A stretch of 64,000 nt of DNA from Prolixibacteraceae bacterium (GTDB taxonomy: Bacteria > Bacteroidota > Bacteroidia > Bacteroidales > Prolixibacteraceae), in contig OY782875.1 in the NCBI GenBank assembly GCA_963678565.1, forward strand, positions 1,265,770 through 1,329,769. The letters run 5' to 3'. Below, one piece after another: positions 17,233 through 25,927 of the stretch. The number at the start of each line of letters is the position of its first letter. The first letter of the stretch is position 1. Made by a program: the position numbers and the translations under genes. The notes under the pieces were generated by a model. That model saw nothing but the letters and a program-made list of their open reading frames with translations, had not been told where the DNA came from and did not search any database.

Positions 17233-18507
17233 ATGCAAGTCATATACAATCCTAAAAAATCGGAGTGGACTGAATTGTTGAAACGTCCAGTTTTTGAGAC
17301 GGATTCATTGAACGAAAAAGTTCAGTCGGTTTTAGATGAAATAAAATCTGATGGCGATGTTGCCATTCGCAAATACACTGCAATGTTCGACAAAGTTGAA
17401 ATAGAGCAGTTGTTGGTTTCGCAAGATGAAATTGATGCCGGAGTTCAGGAGTTGGATGAAGAATTAAAAGCAGCTATTGATGTTGCTGCCAAAAATATTC
17501 AGCTTTTTCACGAATCACAGCAAGTCGATTCTAAGGTGATTACTACTTCTCCTGGGGTTAAGTGTTGGCAAAAAAGTGTAGCCATCGAAAAGGTTGGATT
17601 GTATATTCCGGGTGGCACTGCTCCTTTATTTTCAACAGTCTTAATGTTGGCAATTCCTGCAAAAATTGCTGGATGTTCAGAAATTGTATTGTGTACTCCA
17701 CCTCGAAAAGGTGGAACTTTACCACCTGCAGTTTTGTACGCAGCGCAACTGTCTGGAATCACTAAAATTTTTAAAATCGGTGGAATTCAAGCCATCGGTG
17801 CAATGTCGTATGGTACTCAATCGGTTCCGAAAGTTTACAAAATATTTGGACCAGGAAATCAATTTGTGACAGCAGCCAAGCAATTGGTAAGTATTGCCGA
17901 TGTTTCGATTGATATGCCTGCCGGACCTTCAGAAGTTGAAGTGTTGGCTGATGCTTCTGCCGATCCTGCATTTGTAGCGGCCGATTTACTTTCGCAAGCA
18001 GAACACGGCGCCGATAGTCAGGTAATATTAATTACAAATTCTCGTCAATTAGTTGATGAGGTGCAGCTTGAGTTAGAAAAACAATTAGTACAATTACCAC
18101 GAATGGAATTGGCGACGAAAGCCATTAAAAATAGTAAAATTATTGTGCTTGAAACTGAGGCTGAAATGATTGAAATTACCAATCGATATGCACCCGAACA
18201 TTTGATTCTTTCAATGCAAAATTACGGAGAAGTAGCAGAACAAATTATCAATGCGGGTTCTGTATTTCTTGGAAATTATACTCCTGAAAGTGCTGGTGAT
18301 TATGCTTCTGGTACGAATCACACCTTGCCAACCAATGGTTGGGCTACCAGCTATAATGGTGTGAATTTGGATAGCTTTATTAAAAAAATCACCTTTCAGG
18401 AAATCACAAAAGAAGGAATTCAAAACTTAGGTCCTGTGATTGAAAAAATGGCGGAAGCCGAATCTTTATTTGCGCACAAAAATGCCGCAAGTTTGAGGAT
18501 GAAATAA
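17233..18507 (+). CDS. hisD: Histidinol dehydrogenase
   Basis: SQAEHG motif, 424 aa, his operon context. Confidence 0.95.
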   Translation: MQVIYNPKKSEWTELLKRPVFETDSLNEKVQSVLDEIKSDGDVAIRKYTAMFDKVEIEQLLVSQDEIDAGVQELDEELKAAIDVAAKNIQLFHESQQVDSKVITTSPGVKCWQKSVAIEKVGLYIPGGTAPLFSTVLMLAIPAKIAGCSEIVLCTPPRKGGTLPPAVLYAAQLSGITKIFKIGGIQAIGAMSYGTQSVPKVYKIFGPGNQFVTAAKQLVSIADVSIDMPAGPSEVEVLADASADPAFVAADLLSQAEHGADSQVILITNSRQLVDEVQLELEKQLVQLPRMELATKAIKNSKIIVLETEAEMIEITNRYAPEHLILSMQNYGEVAEQIINAGSVFLGNYTPESAGDYASGTNHTLPTNGWATSYNGVNLDSFIKKITFQEITKEGIQNLGPVIEKMAEAESLFAHKNAASLRMK

Positions 18508-18516
18508 TAAAAGAAT

Positions 18517-19548
18517 ATGGATATAAAAAAATTATTGCGTCCGAATATATATAATTTAATGCCTTACTCTTCGGCTCGTGATGAGTTTACGGGTAGTGCT
18601 TCTGTGTTTCTTGATGCCAACGAAAATCCATTCGAAACAGGATATAATCGTTATCCCGATCCTTATCAACAAAAACTGAAATTGGAGATTTCGAAGGTGA
18701 AAGGTGTTGATCCATCTTATATATTCCTTGGCAATGGGAGTGATGAACCGATTGATCTATTATTCCGGGCTTTTTGTAATCCGGGTATCGATAATGTGGT
18801 TGCCATTGAACCTTCGTACGGAATGTATACTGTTTCGGCTGATATTAACGATATTGCTGTAAAGAAGGTATTGTTGAATGATCAGTTTGATTTAGAGGCT
18901 GCTCGTTTACTGAAGTCGGTTGATGATAAAACGAAAATAGTTTTCTTGTGCTCTCCTAACAATCCTTCAGGAAACCTTCTGAACAAAGCGGAAATTCAGA
19001 AAGTTATTGGTGGTTTTGAAGGTTTGATCGTTGTTGATGAGGCATATATCGACTTTGCTGCTGATGCAACATTTTTAAATGAGTTGGGGAATAGTAACAA
19101 TTTAATTGTTTTACAAACTTTCTCAAAAGCATGGGGCTTAGCCGGAATCCGCTTGGGGATGGCATTTGCTTCACCTGAAATTGTTGCTGTTTTAAATAAA
19201 ATAAAATATCCTTACAATATAAATGCTCTCACACAAGAGCGTGCATTGAAAGCGCTTAATGATGTGGAGCAAAAAAATCAATGGGTTGCCAATATTGTAA
19301 AAGAGCGTGCAAAAATTGAAACCGAATTGCTTCGATTTCCGTTTGTTGTAAAAACTTACCCTAGCGATGCCAATTTTTTATTGGTAAAAATGCACGATGC
19401 TAAAGGAATATTTGACTATTTAATGGAAGAAGGAGTAATTGTTCGCGACCGTTCAAAAGTTACCTTATGCGAAGGAAGTTTGCGAATAACAATTGGTAGC
19501 GAAGAGGAAAATAACATGCTTCTCGAGAAATTAGAGGCGTTGTTGTAA
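18517..19548 (+). CDS. hisC: Histidinol-phosphate aminotransferase
   Basis: Class II aminotransferase with PLP-Lys motif FSKAWGLAGIRLG; 343 aa. Confidence 0.92.
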   Translation: MDIKKLLRPNIYNLMPYSSARDEFTGSASVFLDANENPFETGYNRYPDPYQQKLKLEISKVKGVDPSYIFLGNGSDEPIDLLFRAFCNPGIDNVVAIEPSYGMYTVSADINDIAVKKVLLNDQFDLEAARLLKSVDDKTKIVFLCSPNNPSGNLLNKAEIQKVIGGFEGLIVVDEAYIDFAADATFLNELGNSNNLIVLQTFSKAWGLAGIRLGMAFASPEIVAVLNKIKYPYNINALTQERALKALNDVEQKNQWVANIVKERAKIETELLRFPFVVKTYPSDANFLLVKMHDAKGIFDYLMEEGVIVRDRSKVTLCEGSLRITIGSEEENNMLLEKLEALL

Positions 19549-19560
19549 AAATTTTAACAA

Positions 19561-20682
19561 ATGAAGAAAGCATTATTTATAGATCGTGATGGTACAATTG
19601 TTATTGAGCCACCTGTAGATTATCAGTTAGATAGTCTTGAGAAACTTGAGTTTTATCCCAAAGCGATTCGTAATTTATATTTTGTTGCAAAAAATTTAGA
19701 TTACGAATTGGTGATGGTGACCAATCAGGATGGTTTAGGTACCAAGTCCTTTCCTGAAGATACCTTTTGGCCAGCACACAATAAAATGCTTAAAACGCTT
19801 GAAGGAGAAGGCGTAGTATTCGATGAGATCTTAATCGATCGATCTTTTCCTGAAGACAATGCTCCTACTCGAAAACCTCGTACCGGTATGATGGGGAAAT
19901 ATCTATCAGGTGAATACGATTTAGAAAATAGTTTTGTGATTGGAGATCGTCTTACCGATGTGGAGCTGTCCAAAAATATGGGCTGTAAAGCAATCTGGTT
20001 AAGCAACGAAAGTGATGCACAACTAAAAGAAAAAGAACTGGATGCATGTTGTGTTTTGAAAACTACTAACTGGGATGATGTTTATGCCGAAGTCGCAAAA
20101 ATCGACCGCACTGCAACTGTTCAGCGTACCACTAAAGAAACAGATATTTATGTTTGGCTCGATTTGGATGGAAATGGAAAAACTGAAATTTCAACAGGAT
20201 TGGGATTTTTTGATCACATGTTAGATCAAATTGGTCGTCATTCTGGAATCAGTTTAAATATAAAAGTCAATGGCGACTTAGAAGTAGATGAACACCATAC
20301 CATTGAAGATACTGCTTTGGCGCTTGGTGAAGCATTTTTGAAAGCATTAGGAAACAAAAGAGGAATAGAACGTTATGGATTTTGTCTTCCAATGGACGAT
20401 TCGCTAATTCAAGTGGCATTAGATTTTGGCGGCCGACCTTGGTTGGTTTGGGATGCTAATTTTAAACGTGAGAAGGTAGGAGATATGCCAACCGAAATGT
20501 TTTTACATTTTTTCAAGTCCTTTAGCGATGCTTCACGATCAAACTTGAACATAAAAGCAGAGGGAGATAATGAACACCATAAGATAGAAGGGATTTTCAA
20601 AGCATTGGCAAAATCGATTAAAATGGCCATCAAACGAGATGTTTTTGATTTTGAATTACCAAGTACTAAAGGAACCCTTTAA
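19561..20682 (+). CDS. hisB: Bifunctional histidinol-phosphatase / imidazoleglycerol-phosphate dehydratase
   Basis: N-terminal HAD motif FIDRDGT and C-terminal IGPD motifs ([17 protein letters not shown]). Confidence 0.93.
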   Translation: MKKALFIDRDGTIVIEPPVDYQLDSLEKLEFYPKAIRNLYFVAKNLDYELVMVTNQDGLGTKSFPEDTFWPAHNKMLKTLEGEGVVFDEILIDRSFPEDNAPTRKPRTGMMGKYLSGEYDLENSFVIGDRLTDVELSKNMGCKAIWLSNESDAQLKEKELDACCVLKTTNWDDVYAEVAKIDRTATVQRTTKETDIYVWLDLDGNGKTEISTGLGFFDHMLDQIGRHSGISLNIKVNGDLEVDEHHTIEDTALALGEAFLKALGNKRGIERYGFCLPMDDSLIQVALDFGGRPWLVWDANFKREKVGDMPTEMFLHFFKSFSDASRSNLNIKAEGDNEHHKIEGIFKALAKSIKMAIKRDVFDFELPSTKGTL

Positions 20683-20796
20683 TTTGAGTAATAGTTAAGC
20701 TTTTTACTATTTACAGATTTGATTAAATTTCGGGCTTGAAATTTAAATTCAATTGACTATACTTAACTTTTATACCATTTCGTAGAATCACTAACA

Positions 20797-21669
20797 ATGA
20801 GTAATAAAACCATAAAAGAAACTGCAGTTCTCTTGATTCATTGCCCCGATAAGCAAGGATTACTTGCTATGGTTACTGAATTTATCAATAAAAATAATGG
20901 TAATATTCTTTACCTCGATCAGCATGTCGATCGTCAAGAGAAATTATTTTACATGCGTGTTGAGTTTGAGTTAGAAAACTTTGCTATTCCAAAGGAGAAA
21001 ATCTCAGATTATTTCTCAACCTTAATAGCCCAGAAAAATAACATGACTTTTGAACTTCATTTTTCTGATACAAAGCCTCGTATGGCAATTTTTGTTTCAA
21101 AAATGTCTCATTGTTTATTCGATCTTTTGGCTCGTTATACCGCAGGAGAATGGAATGTTGAAATCCCGGTAATTATCAGCAATCATCACGATATGGAGGA
21201 TGTTGCGAAAAGATTTGGAATTGATTATCATGTTTTTCCAATTACCAAGGCGAACAAGGATGAATTGGAACCTATGGAGATAGCTCTGTTAGAAGAATAC
21301 AATATCGATTTTATTGTATTAGCGAGATACATGCAAATTATTAGTGATGATTTTATTACGCATTATCCGAATAAGATTATCAATATTCATCACTCTTTTT
21401 TACCTGCATTTATAGGCGCAAAGCCTTATCATGCAGCGCATGAGCGAGGTGTAAAACTAATTGGTGCAACCAGTCATTACGTTACCCCCGAATTAGATGC
21501 AGGCCCAATTATTAAGCAAGATGTATCAATGATTTCGCATAAAGATACGGTGAAGGATTTGGTGGCAAAAGGTCGCGATTTAGAAAAAATTGTGCTTTCG
21601 AGAGCTGTTGCCAAACACATCGATCGCAAAATACTGGTCTACAACAATAGAACCGTTGTGTTTAGTTGA
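20797..21669 (+). CDS. purU: Formyltetrahydrofolate deformylase
   Basis: N-terminal ACT domain plus a formyltransferase core (IINIHHSFLPAF, SHYVTPELDAGPII); 290 aa. Confidence 0.9.
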   Translation: MSNKTIKETAVLLIHCPDKQGLLAMVTEFINKNNGNILYLDQHVDRQEKLFYMRVEFELENFAIPKEKISDYFSTLIAQKNNMTFELHFSDTKPRMAIFVSKMSHCLFDLLARYTAGEWNVEIPVIISNHHDMEDVAKRFGIDYHVFPITKANKDELEPMEIALLEEYNIDFIVLARYMQIISDDFITHYPNKIINIHHSFLPAFIGAKPYHAAHERGVKLIGATSHYVTPELDAGPIIKQDVSMISHKDTVKDLVAKGRDLEKIVLSRAVAKHIDRKILVYNNRTVVFS

Positions 21670-21688
21670 ATCTCCTAGTTGTTATTAA

Positions 21689-22225
21689 ATGAAATTAATA
21701 TTCTTAAATATATTATTGATTGTGAATATGGTTGCAATGGCACAGGCTTATCAGCAAGAAATTCCTGAGGAGTATGGTTACAAAGTTGAAATTGGTCAAG
21801 AGGTACCCGATTTTGATTTGGTTTCTGGAGATGGGGAAGTAATTCCGATTAAAGAATTGCGTGGCAAAGTTGTAATGCTTCAGTTTACAGCTAGTTGGTG
21901 CAGTGTTTGTCGTTTAGAAATGCCCCATATCCAGCAACAAATTTGGAAGAAATGGAAAGATCATCCTGAATTTGAACTGTATGGAGTTGACCTACAAGAA
22001 GATGATGAAATGATTGAAAAGTTTAGATCAGATATGAACATTACTTATCCATTAGCAAAAGATCCTGAAGGGGAAATATTCAGTGATTTTACAGTTCCCA
22101 ATGCTGGTGTTACCCGAAATATTATAGTAGATCGTAATGGGAAAATTGCTTATATGACTCGCCTTTTCAAGCAAAATGAATTTAATGAAATGGTGAAAGT
22201 TATTGGAGAATTGATCAATGAATAA
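21689..22225 (+). CDS. Secreted TlpA/AhpC-like thiol-disulfide oxidoreductase
   Basis: Signal peptide, thioredoxin fold with a WCSVC (CxxC) active site; 178 aa. Confidence 0.8.
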   Translation: MKLIFLNILLIVNMVAMAQAYQQEIPEEYGYKVEIGQEVPDFDLVSGDGEVIPIKELRGKVVMLQFTASWCSVCRLEMPHIQQQIWKKWKDHPEFELYGVDLQEDDEMIEKFRSDMNITYPLAKDPEGEIFSDFTVPNAGVTRNIIVDRNGKIAYMTRLFKQNEFNEMVKVIGELINE

Positions 22226-22241
22226 TACGCTAAATTCTAAA

Positions 22242-22841
22242 ATGAAAATCGTAATTATTAAATATAATGCCGGAAATATTGAATCGGTTAAGAATGCATT
22301 AGCACGATTAAATATTGAAGCAGAAATTACTGCCGATCCTGAAAAAATAAAGGCTGCCGATAAAGTTATTTTTCCGGGTGTTGGAGAGGCAAGTACTACA
22401 ATGGCTTATCTGCGCGAGCATGGATTGGATACACTAATTAAAAGTTTGAAGCAACCTGTTTTAGGAATTTGTTTAGGACAGCAATTGATGTGTTCTTTTA
22501 GTGAAGAGGGGGCAGTGGAGTGTTTGGGGATTTTCCCTGAGAAAGTAAAGCGTTTTCAACCCAAAGAAGGTGAGGAATATGTTACAAAAGTTCCACATAT
22601 GGGATGGAACAATATCCACTCGTTAAAAGGTGATTTATTAACTTCTGATCTCGAAAACCAATTCGTATATTTCGTGCATTCGTATTATGTTGAGGTTGGA
22701 GAAGATACAGCTGCAGTTTGTGATTATATCAATCCATTTAGTGCATCTTTACAAAAAGACAACTTTTTCGCTACTCAATTTCATCCTGAAAAAAGTCAAA
22801 GTGTGGGCGCGAAAATATTAGAGAATTTCGTGAATTTATAA
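22242..22841 (+). CDS. hisH: Imidazole glycerol phosphate synthase, glutamine amidotransferase subunit
   Basis: GICLGQQL nucleophile elbow and FHPEKS. The probable start is ATG 22242 (MKIVIIKYNAGN); the ORF track start at 22218 overlaps the previous gene. Confidence 0.92.
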   Translation: MKIVIIKYNAGNIESVKNALARLNIEAEITADPEKIKAADKVIFPGVGEASTTMAYLREHGLDTLIKSLKQPVLGICLGQQLMCSFSEEGAVECLGIFPEKVKRFQPKEGEEYVTKVPHMGWNNIHSLKGDLLTSDLENQFVYFVHSYYVEVGEDTAAVCDYINPFSASLQKDNFFATQFHPEKSQSVGAKILENFVNL

Positions 22842-22914
22842 GAGAAAATTATTTTATTAATTCTCTTTTGAATTTCTTTTTAAAATTTTGTTCCTCTGTT
22901 ATATTGTTTCTATT

Positions 22915-23649
22915 ATGAAGAATAATAAAATTACCATTATCCCGGCTATCGACTTGATTGATGCCAAGTGCGTTCGCTTGTCGCAAGGCGATTATAATCA
23001 GAAAACAGTTTACAATGAAAATCCACTGGAAGTTGCAAAAATGTTTGAAGATGCTGGAATCCAACGACTTCATTTAGTTGATTTAGATGGTGCAAAAGCT
23101 CAACATATTGTTAATTATAAGGTGTTAGAAACCATTGCAGCTAAAACCAATTTGGTAATTGATTTTGGAGGAGGATTGAAAAGTGATGAAGATTTGAGAA
23201 TTGCTTTTGAAAGTGGAGCGTCAATGATAACTGGAGGAAGCATTGCAGTTAAAAATGCAGCAACTTTTGAAACTTGGATTCATAAATATGGGGCAGAAAA
23301 AATCATACTAGGAGCCGATGCCAAAGATGGTAAAATTGCAGTTAGTGGCTGGCAAGAAACTTCTACGGAAGATATTATTCCATTTATCGCCAACTATGTT
23401 GATAAAGGAATTTCGAAAGTAATCTCAACCGATATTAGTCGTGATGGAATGTTATCAGGACCTTCTTTTGAATTGTACGAAAGCATTCTTGCTGAATTTC
23501 CTAATTTGGAACTCATTGCCAGCGGAGGAATTGCCGTAATGGATGATATTATTCGCTTAGATGAGATGAATGTTCCGGGTGTAATTACCGGAAAAGCCAT
23601 TTACGAAGGCAAAATTAAGCTTAACGAAATTAGTAAGTTTATTCAATAG
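22915..23649 (+). CDS. hisA: 1-(5-phosphoribosyl)-5-[(5-phosphoribosylamino)methylideneamino]imidazole-4-carboxamide isomerase
   Basis: IIPAIDL..G..VRL motif, (beta/alpha)8 HisA family. ATG 22915 is preferred over TTG 22888. Confidence 0.92.
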   Translation: MKNNKITIIPAIDLIDAKCVRLSQGDYNQKTVYNENPLEVAKMFEDAGIQRLHLVDLDGAKAQHIVNYKVLETIAAKTNLVIDFGGGLKSDEDLRIAFESGASMITGGSIAVKNAATFETWIHKYGAEKIILGADAKDGKIAVSGWQETSTEDIIPFIANYVDKGISKVISTDISRDGMLSGPSFELYESILAEFPNLELIASGGIAVMDDIIRLDEMNVPGVITGKAIYEGKIKLNEISKFIQ

Positions 23650-23679
23650 AAATTCAGTAGCTCAGGAATTTAGAATATT

Positions 23680-24435
23680 ATGTTAGCAAAACGAATCATA
23701 CCCTGCCTTGATATTAAAGATGGGCAAACAGTAAAAGGAATTAATTTTGTTGGAATCAAAGCAGTTGGCGATCCGGTAGAATTAGGTGCCATGTATGCCG
23801 AACAAGGAGCCGACGAACTGGTTTTTTTAGATATTACAGCAACGCACGAAGGCCGAAAAACCTTTGTTGAGTTGGTAAAGCGAATTGCACGTGAAATCAA
23901 TATTCCATTTACTGTTGGTGGCGGAATTAGTGAAATTAAAGATGCCGAAGTGCTTTTAAATGCAGGTGCCGATAAAGTTTCGATCAATTCTTCTGCCGTT
24001 CGAAATCCGCAATTGATTAATGATATGGCTTTGAACTTCGGAACCCAATTTGTTGTGGTGGCCATCGATGCTAAGAATTATGATGGTAAGTGGAAAGTAA
24101 CTGTTAATGGAGGTCGAATTCCTACCGATAAAGAATTGTTTAGCTGGGCAAAAGAGGCTGAATATCGCGGTGCCGGTGAGATTTTATTTACTTCGATGGA
24201 TCACGATGGAACAAAAAATGGTTTTGCAAATGCTGAGCTGGCACGAATGGCCGACATGTTAAAAATTCCAATTATTGCTTCTGGTGGTGCTGGAAATATG
24301 GAGCATTTTATTGACGTTTTTACCGAAGGAAAAGCAGATGCTGGTTTAGCAGCAAGTATTTTTCACTACAAAGAAATCGCAATTCCCGATTTAAAAAACT
24401 TTTTGAAAAGTAGTCATATTCCGGTTCGGATTTAA
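23680..24435 (+). CDS. hisF: Imidazole glycerol phosphate synthase, cyclase subunit
   Basis: [12 protein letters not shown] start and GADKVSINS motif; 251 aa. Confidence 0.95.
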   Translation: MLAKRIIPCLDIKDGQTVKGINFVGIKAVGDPVELGAMYAEQGADELVFLDITATHEGRKTFVELVKRIAREINIPFTVGGGISEIKDAEVLLNAGADKVSINSSAVRNPQLINDMALNFGTQFVVVAIDAKNYDGKWKVTVNGGRIPTDKELFSWAKEAEYRGAGEILFTSMDHDGTKNGFANAELARMADMLKIPIIASGGAGNMEHFIDVFTEGKADAGLAASIFHYKEIAIPDLKNFLKSSHIPVRI

Positions 24436-24516
24436 TTCTGTTTATCTAATTCAATTAGATTGAAAAAGGAATCGGAAGATAGTCTTTGGGCTAACTAATT
24501 TTAATTCAAAAATGTG

Positions 24517-25695
24517 ATGTCAAAAACGAAAAAGAAATTTAACAGTGCTCAAATAGTATCGATTTCGTTAGCGCACCACATTCACGATATCTATACTTCT
24601 TTTCTTGCCCCAATTCTACCGTTATTAATGGAGAAATTTGGGATCACTTATTCAATGGCAGGTTTGTTGAATGTTATGCAGCGCATTCCATCTTTATTAA
24701 ATCCCTTTGTGGGCATGATGGCTGATAAGGTCAGTGTGCGGTATTTTGTCATTTTCACACCAGCTCTTACTGCCATTTCGATGAGTTTATTGGGCGTTGC
24801 ACCTAGCTATACTTTTGCCGCAATATTATTGTTTGTTTCGGGCATCAGTTCAACCTTGTTTCATGTTCCAACTCCTGTAATGATCAAGCATGTTTCAGGT
24901 GGTCAAATTGGCAAGGGAATGAGTTTTTATATGTTGGGTGGAGAATTGGCGCGCACCTTAGGTCCAATTATTGTTTTAGGGGCAATTTCGCTTTGGGGAT
25001 TAGAGGGAACTTATAAGTTAATTCCTATGGGCTTGCTTGCTTCGGCAATTCTCTTTTACAAATTCAAGGATGTTAAAATTAAACAGGAATTTAAAAAAGA
25101 TGGAAGCAAAGAGCTGGTTGAAAGTTATAAAACCACCTTAAAGCGTTTTGCACCTGTTTTAATTACCACTACCAGTATCGTTTTATTTCGAGGTGGAATG
25201 AAATCGGCTTTAACCTTGTATTTACCAACTTACATTAGCGAGGCCGGAAATAGTTTGTGGTTTGCCGGAATTTCACTTTCGGTGTTGCAATTGGCAGGAG
25301 CAGCCGGAACTTTTTTAAGTGGAACAATTTCGGATAAAATTGGTCGTAAAAATTTGTTTGTTATTTCAGCGATAGGTGCACCAATTTTAATGTTTTTGTT
25401 TATCAATGCAAGTGGCGTTTGGTCAATTATTTTATTGGTAGTACTTGGTATTTTTATTTTTGCTCCGGGCCCGGTTATGTTAGCTTCGATTCATGATAAG
25501 GAAACAAAAAATGGAGCTTTTATTAATGGCGTTTACATGGGGATGAATTTCTTAATTAACTCTATTAATGTGTTGGCCATTGGCTGGTTGGCTGACAGGA
25601 TTACCTTGCATACTACCTTTCAAATATCTATTCTTTGGGGAATTTTAGTAATTCCTTTTGTACTGCGTTTCAAAGAAACAAGAAATGTAAGCTAG
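24517..25695 (+). CDS. MFS transporter
   Basis: About 12 TM helices, with the loop 2-3 like motif MADKVSVRY and SDKIGRK in the second half. Confidence 0.8.
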   Translation: MSKTKKKFNSAQIVSISLAHHIHDIYTSFLAPILPLLMEKFGITYSMAGLLNVMQRIPSLLNPFVGMMADKVSVRYFVIFTPALTAISMSLLGVAPSYTFAAILLFVSGISSTLFHVPTPVMIKHVSGGQIGKGMSFYMLGGELARTLGPIIVLGAISLWGLEGTYKLIPMGLLASAILFYKFKDVKIKQEFKKDGSKELVESYKTTLKRFAPVLITTTSIVLFRGGMKSALTLYLPTYISEAGNSLWFAGISLSVLQLAGAAGTFLSGTISDKIGRKNLFVISAIGAPILMFLFINASGVWSIILLVVLGIFIFAPGPVMLASIHDKETKNGAFINGVYMGMNFLINSINVLAIGWLADRITLHTTFQISILWGILVIPFVLRFKETRNVS

Positions 25696-25742
25696 ATTTT
25701 TTAAGATTTTTTTGGAATTATTTAACGAGGTGGGAAGATTTT

Positions 25743-25913
25743 TTAATTGTATTGTCGACCAACATGGTTGGTCCTGTTTTCGTAAGCTTCCATGAGTTTG
25801 GTAAGCTCTATTGCTTCCTTGTGTTCTGGCGTTCCGGGTTCAGAATCACAGATCTCAAGGAAGCGCAAAATCGCGTCGCGATATTCTTTTTCTGAAATAA
25901 TTATTTTAGTCAT
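25743..25913 (-). CDS. Small 56-aa ORF resembling only the N-terminal half of HigA-like (COG5499-type) antitoxin/HTH regulators
   Basis: Hand translation gives MTKIIISEKEYRDAILRFLEICDSEPGTPEHKEAIELTKLMEAYENRTNHVGRQYN. The EPGTPE...L..L.EAYE pattern is typical of the pre-HTH segment, and no HTH follows. It begins 14 nt downstream of the polA stop. It is below the ORF-track cutoff. Confidence 0.4.
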   Translation of the reverse strand: MTKIIISEKEYRDAILRFLEICDSEPGTPEHKEAIELTKLMEAYENRTNHVGRQYN

Positions 25914-25927
25914 AAAAAAGATACAGA

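Noticed and set aside
20683-20796. ZTP (pfl) riboswitch or terminator between hisB and purU
   Set aside because: No sequence resembling the conserved ZTP aptamer elements, as I recall them, is visible. Only weak AT-rich inverted repeats (AAATTTC/GAAATTT) without a U tract.
23670-24065. Antisense and overlapping ORFs inside well-supported genes (for example 23670-24065 minus; 13858-14304 plus; 1108-1368 minus; 2376-2633, 3040-3303, 3556-3831 plus; 11552-11869 plus; 28214-28549 plus; 32982-33320 minus; 52036-52314 plus; 53191-53466 plus)
   Set aside because: All lie entirely within, and opposite or out of frame to, genes with strong family signatures. Their low-complexity or odd amino acid composition is typical of shadow ORFs in AT-rich DNA.
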